IMG/VR virus record: IMGVR_UViG_2721755777_000003
Coordinates: 1 to 64,000 of that record
Origin: an uncultured virus (IMG/VR IMGVR_UViG_2721755777_000003)
Taxonomy: Duplodnaviria > Heunggongvirae > Uroviricota > Caudoviricetes
Strand: one strand, 5' to 3'
Length of the DNA stretch: 64,000 nucleotides
Part shown: in pieces, positions 40,829 to 52,087 of the stretch
Layout of the letters: each line of letters begins with the position of its first letter
Numbering within the stretch: the stretch's first letter is position 1
Made by a program: the position numbers and the translations under genes
The notes under the pieces: generated by a model
The model's database searches: none
What the model saw: only the letters and a program-made list of their open reading frames with translations
Told to the model about the DNA's origin: nothing

Positions 40829-42571
40829 TTAGACCACAATATCTCCTTCTGCAGTCTTCAGTGTTCCACTGTCATATGTGTTATAAATTAAGGTTGTATT
40901 CTTTGCTTTATCTGTGCAATATGGGTGGGATAAAAACTTGCCACCAATTCCGCGCACATCGTTTCTTACGAGACGTACCTTGTTTGTATTCTCCAAATAA
41001 ACACCATATCCTTGGTCTGCTGCACGATTGAACATGATCTCATTATCCTTTAATATATGTTCTGAACCGCCAGTCAGTTGGATGGCGATTAATGATTTAC
41101 AGAAATAAACCTGATTCTCACTAATCTGGCAACTGTATTTCTCAGGGGTGCCTTTAATTGCAACATTCCTAGGCTCATGAATTTCATTTCGATGCAGTGA
41201 GACAGAAGAGTCTTTATCCCAAAAGATGCCGTATCCACTCCCACTTAACAACAAGTCATTTCCCTTTAAACGAACTGACTGAGACCTTTCGCAATAAATT
41301 CCACCATATACATTAGCAAACTCATTATTAACGAGACTGATTCGGGTAGAGTCCATTATCTTTGCAGCATAAGACGAGCTCGTTCCTTTTCCTTTGGTAT
41401 TCACAACCTTAATATCATTTGAGTTTCTAACCTGGACTTGAACACAATCACTGTTTTCTATCCTGTTGTCCGTAATTAAAAAGTCCTCTGCTTGATGTGT
41501 TGCAATAGGGCATGCTTTTATTTTTTCAAAAGTATTATTTGATACTGTGCCACCCTTTCCTCTTACACAAATGCCCACTTCAAAGCCACTAATCGTATTG
41601 CCATCAATTTGAACTCTGTTTCCAGACTCAGTACTTGAAACACCTACCGAGTCAATTCCATAAGTCTTAATTTCATTTTCATTGATGATCTTGTTATTTT
41701 TGATACTGACATCCGTGCTATATCCATAGGAAATAACATGGTCGCTGTAGTTTCCTTCAATAATTACCTTGCCGCTTGTGTGAGCTGTAACAGATCCACG
41801 TCCATTGTTTTTAAATCTGCAGTTTCGCACAGTTAATTTATACGGGTGATCGTATTTAATTCCGTTTTCTCCAAAGCCCTCTAAATCAATTCCTAATTGT
41901 GGCCCAATTGTATCTCCTCCAGCTTCCTCTATATCACAGTCATCGACAAGAAGACCTTCACAACCATTGGTAGCCAGATTATTTCTTCTTCCTCTTAAAA
42001 GCGTACACTTTCGAACGGTTACATTCTTTGAAGGCGTATATGTTCCTGAAGTGTTCATCATTCCATCAGCCGCTATCCAAATGTTGTCTCCAATACAGTC
42101 AGAAACTTGTACATTTTCAATTAGCACATTGCTACTTCCATTAACATGGATACCAAAGCCCCATTCATGCGTCTTCTTAATTGAGGTAATTTTTGAATAA
42201 TCATGCTCATGTCGATCCCCAATAATTTGACCGCCACGAATCGTAACATTACTTGCTTGGCCGATATAAAAACAGGAGTAACCCTGATAATCATTTGGCT
42301 GCACTTTAAATATAGCCTCTGGATGAAGTATTAGCTCAATATTCGAAGGAACATTGATACCTCCACCGAATTCAGGTAACCGCTTTGACGTATTCACTGC
42401 ATCAATTAGGTAGATACCTTTTGGAACATATACTTTATAGAATGATTTTGAGCATGCATACTCTAAAGCTCGGTTTAATCCTTCTGTTGTTTCAATTGCA
42501 TTTGACCCTTTATCATCAATTCCCCAATCCAGAGCATCAACAAAATAGTATAAGGGCTGTTGCATGTTCAT
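40829..42571 (-). CDS. yorA: Right-handed beta-helix (pectate lyase-like) protein
   Basis: VYVPKGIY N-terminal motif; repeated PbH1-like units. Confidence 0.85.
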   Translation of the reverse strand: MNMQQPLYYFVDALDWGIDDKGSNAIETTEGLNRALEYACSKSFYKVYVPKGIYLIDAVNTSKRLPEFGGGINVPSNIELILHPEAIFKVQPNDYQGYSCFYIGQASNVTIRGGQIIGDRHEHDYSKITSIKKTHEWGFGIHVNGSSNVLIENVQVSDCIGDNIWIAADGMMNTSGTYTPSKNVTVRKCTLLRGRRNNLATNGCEGLLVDDCDIEEAGGDTIGPQLGIDLEGFGENGIKYDHPYKLTVRNCRFKNNGRGSVTAHTSGKVIIEGNYSDHVISYGYSTDVSIKNNKIINENEIKTYGIDSVGVSSTESGNRVQIDGNTISGFEVGICVRGKGGTVSNNTFEKIKACPIATHQAEDFLITDNRIENSDCVQVQVRNSNDIKVVNTKGKGTSSSYAAKIMDSTRISLVNNEFANVYGGIYCERSQSVRLKGNDLLLSGSGYGIFWDKDSSVSLHRNEIHEPRNVAIKGTPEKYSCQISENQVYFCKSLIAIQLTGGSEHILKDNEIMFNRAADQGYGVYLENTNKVRLVRNDVRGIGGKFLSHPYCTDKAKNTTLIYNTYDSGTLKTAEGDIVV

Positions 42572-43392
42572 GTTGTCAAACCCTTCCCTTCTACATTTTC
42601 ATTGAGAAACCCTGATAGAGTGTCAATGAAGTTATAAAAGGTCTCATTTCTTGTACCAGAGCGTCCTTTCAGAGAAAAGGTGTTGAACATTGATTTGCGT
42701 AGTCCAGTGCTCAATTCCAGTTGAATGCTCTTTCCTGTTTTATTTTTATTGGCCACGTTATTTGGACTGCTACCGGATAGCCTCGTTCCCTCATCTAGAA
42801 GCTCTGCAGAGTAGCCGGCATTATTTAATGTACTTGTTATCGCTTCAGCTTTGTCCCGGTCTGTGCCGCCAACTAGAACATGTTGATCATTACTTGCATA
42901 ACCGTGAAGTGACAATGTGAACTCATGCCCCTTCAACATTTCAAGTGCTTGTGGTTCATCAAAATTCGTACTGGTTAAATGCAAATCAAAGGCTCCTGGT
43001 GTCTTTAAAGCTTCAAAAAGATATGTAGAGTATGTTTCGCTTAATTCCTTTGCAAGCTCGCTTGTTCCCCCTTCTATGCCACCTCCATGGGGAGCAAGAA
43101 TTAATACATCAGTGTCTTGCTCTTTTGAGAACACGCTAAAATTGAACGGTGATTCATTCGCTTTAAGCTCTTCAAAGTTTCGATACTTGTCCGCTACTAA
43201 AATACTCACTGGATTCAGGAATGAAACCAGAGCAGTCACCAGGACTGGAAAAGTCTTCTTAACTGTGATACACTTTAATAGCTTCGTAGTGATACGATGC
43301 ATGCAGAGTTGGGGGTGCGTCCCAATGCTAACCCTCTCTGCCTCTTCAATCTTTTTTAAAAAATCCTCTATTCTGTTTTTAATCCTTAACAA
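42568..43392 (-). CDS. yoqZ: Poly-gamma-glutamate hydrolase
   Basis: APHGGGIEGGTSE, HLTSTNFDEP, SLHG, QLELS. Confidence 0.9.
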   Translation of the reverse strand: MLRIKNRIEDFLKKIEEAERVSIGTHPQLCMHRITTKLLKCITVKKTFPVLVTALVSFLNPVSILVADKYRNFEELKANESPFNFSVFSKEQDTDVLILAPHGGGIEGGTSELAKELSETYSTYLFEALKTPGAFDLHLTSTNFDEPQALEMLKGHEFTLSLHGYASNDQHVLVGGTDRDKAEAITSTLNNAGYSAELLDEGTRLSGSSPNNVANKNKTGKSIQLELSTGLRKSMFNTFSLKGRSGTRNETFYNFIDTLSGFLNENVEGKGLTT

Positions 43393-43504
43393 TTAATAAC
43401 CACTCCTTTTATTTTTGTTTTATTCTTAAAACTCCAATCACACAGGTAACTCACATTGTTATCACCCCCTTAAATAAAAAATTGATTTTATTTAGACATA
43501 CAAG

Positions 43505-43648
43505 TTAAATCCAAGACACAATATTACCGCATTCTAAATGCACGTGTTCCCAATCTCCTTCCCAAGGCCCTTCTACCAAGTCAACCTCATAATCAACTTC
43601 ATCTTTTTCGATTACTTTTTCACATTCGTTGCAGAAGCAGGTAAACAT
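43505..43648 (-). CDS. 47-aa acidic Zn-ribbon microprotein; not in ORF track
   Basis: MFTCFCNECEKVIEKDEVDYEVDLVEGPWEGDWEHVHLECGNIVSWI; RBS GAGGAG. Confidence 0.7.
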   Translation of the reverse strand: MFTCFCNECEKVIEKDEVDYEVDLVEGPWEGDWEHVHLECGNIVSWI

Positions 43649-43681
43649 TTTCACTCCTCCTCTTTCTGTAAAATATCGTTT

Positions 43682-43954
43682 TTATTCAGTTTCTTTTCTT
43701 ACCCATTTTCTAACCTTCACTTCTTTTAACTCCACTTCATAACAATCCACTTGATCTTCAAATTCCCAAGGGCTTTCATACTGGTTTTCAGTTGCACCTT
43801 TGCTATAGAAAGTTTCAAAAAAGCGACCCTGATATGAGAACACAATTCTATAGTGAATGCTCCACCTAGACGTGTCAGTGATTTCTTCCAGTAGTGAAGA
43901 TTCCGGCAGCCCCAATTCATTTACCATGTAGTCTTTGTCCAATTTAATTTTCAT
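43682..43954 (-). CDS. 90-aa phage protein overlapping gad1 stop
   Basis: SRW...VF...Y..GATENQ motif; RBS GAGGAG. Confidence 0.7.
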   Translation of the reverse strand: MKIKLDKDYMVNELGLPESSLLEEITDTSRWSIHYRIVFSYQGRFFETFYSKGATENQYESPWEFEDQVDCYEVELKEVKVRKWVRKETE

Positions 43955-44834
43955 TTAAAATAACTCCTCTTCCTTTGCAGCATTTACATTCAACTAAAGG
44001 CTCGTTGATTTTAGCCATCAGATCATCTAAAAATTTCTTAATATTACTCTTTAAATCTTCAACGCCCTTTCCACTAAACGGTTCTACAATTGGGTAGCTC
44101 TGATAGGCTTTAGGTGCAACATTGTAAATTTCAACTTCCCGCTTTGTTTGAAATCTTTTCTCAAGTTTAGGCTTTCTCCGTTTGTACATTGCATTAAGAT
44201 CAACTATATACTCGTGAGGTTTGTAAAGCTCCAGAACCTTGACCACAGTTAAACAGAAATCATAATCACTCGTGATTCTTGCAAATTTAGGGTTTATATT
44301 GGCTTTTATATGGTTTCTGATAATCTTATAGCTTTCTTCTCGGGACAAGTAGCACGGCTTTGTTTCAAGAAGCATTGGATGAGTTTGAATTCTATCCAGT
44401 AAGTTATAATTCAAGTTAAAATTATGACTTTGCAGCTTAAGTTCTCCGTCAATTTCTTCAATTACATTCATTTCAAACTCAATTTTTTGATTCTCTTGCG
44501 GGATTTCTTCAAATTTTAAATCATATAGACCCTTCACTTCATAGTATTCACTGTCTTCACCTATGTAAGAAGTTTTAATTACTTGTGGCGTCAAATCAGT
44601 TTCCTGGAATCCCTCTTTTAATTCATACCTATAATTGATTTTTTTAGCCGGCATTTGTTTTTCAATAACACTTGGCTCCTTATCAAGCTTAAACCAGTCT
44701 GATTTATACGTTTGGGTTGCTCGTTTCCCATCGAAAAACAATTCATCTAATTGACTATGAAAATATTTATTTCCTTCAATATTGTCAGACACCAAAAAAC
44801 AGTTACTTGTTTTAATACCAATTAGCTTCATCAA
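43944..44834 (-). CDS. gad1: Gabija anti-defence protein Gad1-like
   Basis: Closely resembles recalled phi3T Gad1 (MKLIGIKTSNCFLVSDN..., ITSDYDFC, CKCCKGRG); about 295 aa. Confidence 0.8.
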   Translation of the reverse strand: MMKLIGIKTSNCFLVSDNIEGNKYFHSQLDELFFDGKRATQTYKSDWFKLDKEPSVIEKQMPAKKINYRYELKEGFQETDLTPQVIKTSYIGEDSEYYEVKGLYDLKFEEIPQENQKIEFEMNVIEEIDGELKLQSHNFNLNYNLLDRIQTHPMLLETKPCYLSREESYKIIRNHIKANINPKFARITSDYDFCLTVVKVLELYKPHEYIVDLNAMYKRRKPKLEKRFQTKREVEIYNVAPKAYQSYPIVEPFSGKGVEDLKSNIKKFLDDLMAKINEPLVECKCCKGRGVILNEN

Positions 44835-44911
44835 ATTTTCCCTTTTTAATTTTATTTTTATTCTTATAAAATCTCTGTTTTATCTTCATTTAAGCTATAT
44901 GTTCCCGCTCG

Positions 44912-45172
44912 TCATCGTTCACTTATTTTATTTTTATCAAATAAATCAATTATGTAGGCTTCATACAGCTCATCCCAATAAGGGTCTGTTCTTGCTATGT
45001 ATTTCTTGGCTTTCCCATTTTCCTCAATCTTAAATGTTTGTCCCTTTTGGATATCCGTGAACTTCTTCTTTGTCCATATCCCTCTAATTAACACATCCAC
45101 TTCTTTAACCTCAACTGTTTGCTGCTTCATCACATTCCTCCTTTTTGATTTTCGTGTATCAAGCCTGTACAA
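44912..45172 (-). CDS. Small phage protein (YoqX position)
   Basis: Likely start after AGGAGG; synteny. Confidence 0.55.
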   Translation of the reverse strand: MYRLDTRKSKRRNVMKQQTVEVKEVDVLIRGIWTKKKFTDIQKGQTFKIEENGKAKKYIARTDPYWDELYEAYIIDLFDKNKISER

Positions 45173-45200
45173 TATTCAAAAACCCTAAAGGATGATGAAC

Positions 45201-45875
45201 ATGTGTGGCAGGTTCACTTTATTCTCTGAGTTCGATGACATCATTGCGCAATTCAATATAGATCAATTTTTGTCTGAAGACGAATACCATCCAAGCTATA
45301 ACGTTGCCCCTTCACAAAACATCCTGACAATCATTAATGATGGATCAAACAATCGTCTGGGCAAGCTTAGATGGGGTCTTATCCCTCCTTGGGCTAAGGA
45401 TGAAAAGATCGGGTATAAAATGATTAATGCTCGTGCTGAAACATTGGCCGAGAAACCCAGCTTTCGAAAGCCACTCGTAAGCAAACGTTGTATCATCCCA
45501 GCTGACAGTTTTTATGAATGGAAGCGTCTTGATCCAAAGACTAAGATTCCTATGCGTATTAAGCTTAAATCATCCAATCTCTTTGCTTTTGCCGGCTTAT
45601 ATGAAAAGTGGAACACGTCAGAAGGTAATCCGTTGTATACTTGCACAATCATCACAACAAAGCCTAATGAGCTTATTGAAGACATTCATGATCGGATGCC
45701 GGTTATCCTGACTGATGAGAGCGAAAAGGAATGGCTAAATCCCAAAAACACCGATCCTGATTATCTTCAAAGTCTTCTGCTACCGTATGACTCTGATGAC
45801 ATGGAAGCTTATCAAGTTTCACCTTTAGTGAATTCACCTAAAAACAATTCACCTGAGCTCATTGAATCCCATTAA
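45201..45875 (+). CDS. yoqW: SRAP/HMCES abasic-site protein
   Basis: MCGRF, INARAE, FYEW, HDRMP. Confidence 0.93.
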   Translation: MCGRFTLFSEFDDIIAQFNIDQFLSEDEYHPSYNVAPSQNILTIINDGSNNRLGKLRWGLIPPWAKDEKIGYKMINARAETLAEKPSFRKPLVSKRCIIPADSFYEWKRLDPKTKIPMRIKLKSSNLFAFAGLYEKWNTSEGNPLYTCTIITTKPNELIEDIHDRMPVILTDESEKEWLNPKNTDPDYLQSLLLPYDSDDMEAYQVSPLVNSPKNNSPELIESH

Positions 45876-45944
45876 GTACCACTGCCATATCGCTTTATAT
45901 ATCACCTTCGCTTAGCTATTATGTTCTAAGTAGGAGGTGATATT

Positions 45945-46757
45945 TTGTTTGTATCGCCAATGTTATTACATTCAATCAAAGAACCATTTGATGACGATGG
46001 TTATATTACCGAGCTGAAATTTGATGGAATTAGACTGATCCTCTCTAAGTTTAATGATCAGATAAAGCTTTACACTCGTCACAACAATGAAGTAACAAGC
46101 AAGTTCCCAGAACTGTTGGATCTCGATATTCCCAATGGAACTGTTTTAGATGGCGAAATCATTGTAGCTGCCCCAGGCGGTGCCCCTGATTTTGAAGCTG
46201 TAATGGAACGCTTTATGTCTAAGAAATCAGCCCATAAGGTTGTTTACTGTGTCTTTGATGTAATTTATATTGATGGTCATTCAATCGCTACTAAGCCACT
46301 CACTGAACGTAAGAGTATGCTTTCAGACCTAAACCTTGACCATGATAATGTATTTGTTATTGAAGGCCTGCAAGGAAACGGATTAGCTTATTTTAATCTG
46401 GCCAAAGAAAAGCATCTTGAAGGTATCGTACTAAAGAAAGCTAACTCCCCTTATGAAATCAATAAACGTTCCCATAGCTGGCTGAAAGTGATTAATTATG
46501 ATTACACAGATGTACTTATCACTGGCTACACCAAAGAGGATATAAGGTTTCTTCTGTCTTATCCTGATGGCACTGCAGCTGGATTTATGGAATTCATGCC
46601 GAATGCGGAACGAAGTAAATTCCACTCTATGAAACAAGTAAAGTCTGAATCTGATGAATATGTATTTGTAGAACCAATCTTATGTAAGGTTAAGCACAGA
46701 TTTAAGACTAAGCATGGTAAACTCCGCATACCTTCCTTTGAATCTTGGAGAGTCTAA
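45945..46757 (+). CDS. ligB: ATP-dependent DNA ligase
   Basis: ELKFDGIR, LDGE, FD, EGIVLK, WLKV. Confidence 0.92.
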   Translation: MFVSPMLLHSIKEPFDDDGYITELKFDGIRLILSKFNDQIKLYTRHNNEVTSKFPELLDLDIPNGTVLDGEIIVAAPGGAPDFEAVMERFMSKKSAHKVVYCVFDVIYIDGHSIATKPLTERKSMLSDLNLDHDNVFVIEGLQGNGLAYFNLAKEKHLEGIVLKKANSPYEINKRSHSWLKVINYDYTDVLITGYTKEDIRFLLSYPDGTAAGFMEFMPNAERSKFHSMKQVKSESDEYVFVEPILCKVKHRFKTKHGKLRIPSFESWRV

Positions 46758-46920
46758 TCTCTCCGTTACATAACCCCTTAGTGACTCGCCATTACACACC
46801 AAATGAAAATTTAGTACATGGATCAATTAGATAATTTATCGTTTAAATAACTATTTTATTTTTATTCCTTAATAATCACCAAATATCATAGCCCACAAAA
46901 TCATTTAGAATATTCGTCAT

Positions 46921-47130
46921 TTATTCTCCTCCTCCATTTCCATATCCGCTATGGGAACTACTTCCGAATAACCCCAGGGAAACGACTAATGCTGTTATAA
47001 ACGACGACAGTATAAGGGGAATCAAAAATACTGCCAAGCCGGTATACTTACCCGACTCAAATGTAATAAGCTGTGTGATCGAATATGCGAAAAAGAAAAC
47101 ATATGCCCCGTACGTAATCCAAAACCGCAA
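46921..47130 (-). CDS. Small two-TM protein
   Basis: Hydrophobic; RBS GGAGG. Confidence 0.55.
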   Translation of the reverse strand: MRFWITYGAYVFFFAYSITQLITFESGKYTGLAVFLIPLILSSFITALVVSLGLFGSSSHSGYGNGGGE

Positions 47131-47352
47131 TTATTCGTCCTCCAATCGTTTTAATGCTTCGCCGTTTTCGCGAATAGTTTCGTTAATCACTAATCTGCGA
47201 GCTTTCTCTTTCGTAGTTATTCGGAATGTACAATCGTCTTCCCCGTACATCTCGCAATAAACAACGTAATCGCGGAATAGGTCGTTCATGTACTCGATGT
47301 CGCCGCATCCATATAGCTTACCGTTCAGAAAGCACGCATATATTTGCGTCAT
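47131..47352 (-). CDS. Hypothetical phage protein
   Basis: Abuts dut. Confidence 0.55.
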   Translation of the reverse strand: MTQIYACFLNGKLYGCGDIEYMNDLFRDYVVYCEMYGEDDCTFRITTKEKARRLVINETIRENGEALKRLEDE

Positions 47353-47967
47353 CTAAGCGTCTTCCTTCGGCAAATCAAATGTTAGACCGCTGGATTTTAA
47401 ATGCGTTTCTTCCTCCGTCGTAGCAACCCCGCTACTCCCGAAGCCGCCCGCCCCTCGATCGCTATCGCCGAGCGTATCAACTTCCGTAAACACCGCTTGT
47501 TCGACCGGCTTGATAACGGCTTGCGCGATGCGATCGCCTTTGCGAATTTTGCACGTATTTTCCGGAACAAACACGCTTCCATAACGATAATCGTCGAGCT
47601 CGAAATCGAAAAACTCGGCCTTTTCGGTTTCTTCCCAATATCCGTCAACTACCTTATAGAACGTAGTTTCTTCACCAATTTTCTGCGCAATATTATCGAT
47701 AATCACTCCGACCTCTCCTCGATAGCCCGCGTCAACTGTACCGAGCTGCACACGCAAAGGCGTCTTCAGCGTAATGCCGGATCGTGGTCGGATTTGCATT
47801 TCGTACCCTTCCGGAATTTCAAACGCCAAGCCCGTCGGCACACACGCAGTTTCGCCCGGTTCGATAATAACGTTCTCTGCCGCCACTAAATCGAAGCCGG
47901 CGTCTGCTGCGTGCGCATAAGCTGGGATCTGTGCGTCCGGTGATAGCCGTTTAATATTTACGTTCAT
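47353..47967 (-). CDS. dut: Second trimeric dUTPase with acidic insertion
   Basis: AGFDL, RPRSG, GTVDAGYRG, DRIAQ, RGAGGFGSSG. Confidence 0.92.
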   Translation of the reverse strand: MNVNIKRLSPDAQIPAYAHAADAGFDLVAAENVIIEPGETACVPTGLAFEIPEGYEMQIRPRSGITLKTPLRVQLGTVDAGYRGEVGVIIDNIAQKIGEETTFYKVVDGYWEETEKAEFFDFELDDYRYGSVFVPENTCKIRKGDRIAQAVIKPVEQAVFTEVDTLGDSDRGAGGFGSSGVATTEEETHLKSSGLTFDLPKEDA

Positions 47968-48007
47968 TTCGTTTCCTCCTAATAACTGATTAACAATTAT
48001 CTTTTAT

Positions 48008-48316
48008 CTAGACTTGTTCAGCTCTCTCTATCATCTCTACAAGCTCTTGTGCCTTGTTTAATTTTCTGCTGTAGTCTTCAACTTCTTTCTTCGCGATTGC
48101 CATTTTATCAAATAAAACGCGCCAGTTTCCATTAGGATTTCTGCTGGATGATTTAACAATTAGGCCATTAAACCAGACGTCTAAAATTAGTCTGCTCTCA
48201 CTTGTTTCAGGTTTATGACCAAAGGCAGCATCTTTATTATTACCGGCATAAACAATTTGTTTATTTATTTCATATAGATAATTTTCAGTTTCTTTTGTAA
48301 CTACATATGTATTCAT
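48008..48316 (-). CDS. Hypothetical phage protein
   Basis: ORF in operon. Confidence 0.55.
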   Translation of the reverse strand: MNTYVVTKETENYLYEINKQIVYAGNNKDAAFGHKPETSESRLILDVWFNGLIVKSSSRNPNGNWRVLFDKMAIAKKEVEDYSRKLNKAQELVEMIERAEQV

Positions 48317-48327
48317 TTTCCCACCCC

Positions 48328-48852
48328 TTATAGATTGTATTGACTGTCTTTAATTGAATTCCAATCAAACGTTTCAAGTATGTTAAGCAACTGCTCTACT
48401 TTTGGTGCCCTCCAAGCTGTCATTGCATAAGTATGAGCTTCTGAAGTGTAGTGATGCTTGTTCAAATTGATGTGGCTCTTCGCTTCTTCTTTGGTCAAAA
48501 ACATTGTATCCGGCCGTACAATATGAACCTTTCTTTCTGGAATTAATTCTGCTTCTTCATCAATGTATTTTTGAATCCACTCAATAGGATCATCAAAGTC
48601 GTCATTTTTCAACTCTGTTAATGCTTCCTTAGATAGCTCACTATCTTCTTTTAAATCTTCTAAATAATCATCTAAAACATAGGCTTCTGCAATATATGGC
48701 AGGTATACAGAATACCGTTCTGCATTTTCCTCTCGAGCTTCGACCCATTCATAATCACCAACTGTCCAGAAACGTGGTGCAGCTTGTCCGTCGTTGTCTT
48801 GATTTTTCAACTCTTGCTGAAGTTCTTTTAAAAACTGAATATCTTGATTCAT
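48328..48852 (-). CDS. Hypothetical phage protein
   Basis: RBS AGGAGG; 174 aa. Confidence 0.65.
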   Translation of the reverse strand: MNQDIQFLKELQQELKNQDNDGQAAPRFWTVGDYEWVEAREENAERYSVYLPYIAEAYVLDDYLEDLKEDSELSKEALTELKNDDFDDPIEWIQKYIDEEAELIPERKVHIVRPDTMFLTKEEAKSHINLNKHHYTSEAHTYAMTAWRAPKVEQLLNILETFDWNSIKDSQYNL

Positions 48853-50218
48853 TCGTTTCCTCCTATTCTGTTTAAAATCACGATTTCATTTAGACTAAAC
48901 CTTTTTCTTACTGTCACGCGTTCACTTTCGGAAAACATATTAATCTACTAACTTTAATAATTCATCGACTTCATAATTATATTCACCATGTTCACCAGAG
49001 CCCCATTCAACACCTACAGAACCTCGATTTGTCGTCCACAATATAATTCCCATCTCCCCATCTTCATGCCACCTTACTTGCTTCCCTTTCTGATAACCAA
49101 GCATGTTTTCAACCCCATTCGATTCTAATGAATGATATTTTGTTATCTTTCCACCAGGCTTCGAGCAATTTTTTCAATTCTTATTCTGCGTTTTTCATCC
49201 AGTATCTCTCTTTCGTTAACTTCTAACATCTTCTTTAAGCTTAGATTTTTTCTAATAAGCTCTTTCATTCTGTTCATGCGTTTTCTCCTTCTCGATTCTT
49301 TATATTACTTATATTCAAACATAGACCCTTCTTCTTCCTTAGGAATTTGTGAACACTCATTTGTGTCCGGCTTAGAATTTACATAAATGAACCCTTTATC
49401 CTCGCTCAATATTTCATACTCCTTACCCTTTTTAAAAATAGGACAACTGTGTTCATCCTCAAAGAAAACATCTTTTTTAAAGACAACTAAATCCATTCTT
49501 TTCAACCTTTCTCATCGTATTTTTTTATTCAAATGACGAGCTTAGACCTGTGAGGTCTTTTATGTATAAAATTAAATGGGATATCCAACTCTTTATTTAC
49601 TTTATCCTCATTTATGTGTTCCATCTCTAAAATCAATTGTCCATTTTCCTGGTGTTCAATGCTATGGACTGAATAGCCTTTGCCAGCGTAATATTCACCA
49701 ATAATCTCATCAACGTGGTTACTAAGCAGATTCCTCTTTATCACCCTTATAACCTCCATTTATTTTATTTTTATCCTTTAAATATTTATATGTATTCCAT
49801 CCACAGCCGTCAAATACGCTTATGTCCGCTCCAAGGTGCCATCTAAACCAAACTAAGTTAAACCAGGCTGTATCAACTATGTGCTTTAAATAACCTATGT
49901 GCCTTCCTCCTTACAATGAAATAATCCTTTTATTTTAATGTTTTGCAGCTAAAATCTGATCCGAATAATGATTTGCATTCTTCTTGGGTGAATGGTTCTC
50001 CAAGAAACAGCTCAATTTCTTTGGTAAATGTTATGCAAAATTGGTTCTCTCTTAGAGGAAGTGGACAATCGTCGCTTCTTTCAACATTAACAACATCGCC
50101 GACTGCGGTCGTTCCTCCTGTAATCAATTCTTTAAAATCTAAAGTTTCGTCATTATGCGATCCCCAATTAACCCCATCCAAATTCACGATTTTAAATTCA
50201 TTCATGTTATATTCCTCC

Positions 50219-50893
50219 TCATCCAGGCGTATAGCTTATATCCAATTCAAATTCGCATTTCGGATGCAACCTCCAAATTTGATGTCCTAAGTATGTTTTC
50301 CTAGCGTAATTCAGACAGTTCCTTGTCCCACTTATACTTCCGTCATAAACAGCTACTATTGCTTCACTGTGATCAATCATATATTCATTTCGTTTTTGCA
50401 TTTTAGCCGGCGAAAACTCTCCTAGTTTATCTCCACTAACTTTATATTTATCTAATTCTTCAACATTAATAATCTCATCTGCCACATCAAGCATACGTTT
50501 GTACCACATTTTTTGTTCTTCAGACCAAACCTTATCTTGCTCCTTGAAAGGTGTAGCAATTATGTTTTTGATATGAGGGTGTTTCTTCTTTAGAATATGT
50601 ACACACCAGCAAGCAGCCTGGTCAGTTCCTAATGCTCCACCAGTTATAAACCTGGACTTCTCTTCTTTTATGATTAACTCCTCAATCACTTCAAGCAGCT
50701 TATCTTTGAGTTTGAGCATTGTGGGATTTTTCATATCATAGCCACCCAATTTATTTGGTCTGTGACCGGTAAAACAAACTGTCTTCTTTCTCAGTTTTTC
50801 TTTTTCTTCTAAAAGCCGCTCACGTTTTTTTCTTTCATCAGCCCACTGCTTTTTCCATTCTGGATCATTGAACTTTGCAAAATCAATTGCCAT
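50219..50893 (-). CDS. yoqJ: SLOG/YspA-family protein
   Basis: CFTGHRP, TGGALGTD, RNEYMID, GT. Confidence 0.85.
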   Translation of the reverse strand: MAIDFAKFNDPEWKKQWADERKKRERLLEEKEKLRKKTVCFTGHRPNKLGGYDMKNPTMLKLKDKLLEVIEELIIKEEKSRFITGGALGTDQAACWCVHILKKKHPHIKNIIATPFKEQDKVWSEEQKMWYKRMLDVADEIINVEELDKYKVSGDKLGEFSPAKMQKRNEYMIDHSEAIVAVYDGSISGTRNCLNYARKTYLGHQIWRLHPKCEFELDISYTPG

Positions 50894-52087
50894 GATGCAT
50901 TTTCACCATCCTATAAACAAATCTTTTTTAGCTGATCATCTAGTTTTCTAAACAACTGCTTAATCTTATCAAGCTTTTCATCTTCAAAAATAATGGCATC
51001 TTCTTTAAGAACTGCAGCTTTTGATAAAGGAGTGTTTGAATCATGTTGCACACTGTGAGCTATCACGCCTTTATTTAATACATCGTAATACATACCTATC
51101 TCATCTCTGTACCAGTAGCTTGGGTCTGAACATTTCATTATCCTTAATTTCATTAACTGTTCACCTCTCATTTCCGTTAAAACAGTCTTTTTATTGAAAA
51201 TATTTATCTGATGTGCGGGCCATGTCTTCCCCGCCTAAATAGTTTTTTATTTCATTTAAGCTATAAATGACCTTATCGAATTTATCCCTAATGTGCAGTG
51301 CATATTCAACTGATGAATCAGACATCCCTAATTCCTTTAGATTTGTGTCTAATTCTTTAAAGTAGCCTTGTAACTTTACGTTCACTAAAAACTCTCCTTT
51401 TTTATTGAATTCTTTTCTTATTAAACTTCAATTTTATTTAAACTCACGTTCATGTATTGTATATAAAACATAAGGATGGTTGTTAAAAACAGAATCATCA
51501 GGATCTTGAACTTTAATTTTAGGATACAGACTTTTAAACTCATCAATCTCCTTATCATTCCACAGTTCAAGTTCATGTAAGGGAATCCCAGCAACACTTG
51601 TTCGAGTATTTCTCGACCATCCATCCTTTTCTAGCTGCTTGATGTTTCCCCACATCTCATCAAGGGAATTATGAAACACTTCTAATACCATCTTTTTTGT
51701 TTGACTTTTAATAAACACTTTAATCCCCCTCTTTTAAATTAATTTAAATTTTACTTTTATTGAAACTGCTTTCTCCAAGGGACGTTGCCCACAACACTGT
51801 GATCAAGCATTCCTTCACAACTTTTACACAGAGTTGATTTAGTTATCGTCATATGGAATGAATCCCACTTACCACAACAATGACACGTCTTTTCAAAGGC
51901 TACTGTCTCCTTTAGTTTTTTCCTTTTAGAGCCGTTGCCAGTTAATAATACTCCGTTACTATAAAGGTCGTTCTGTCTCACTTCTGCTTCTACACTCCAA
52001 GGGTATATTCGCTTTTTTAAGTACCTTTCCACTAACGACTTGCTTTGGTTGCTCCCGATCTTCATGAACTCTCTATTTTCAGTAAGG

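Noticed and set aside
47401..47889. 162-aa plus-strand ORF and other antisense ORFs over long genes (e.g. 42917-43396)
   Set aside because: Shadows of well-supported minus-strand genes; no RBS or motifs.
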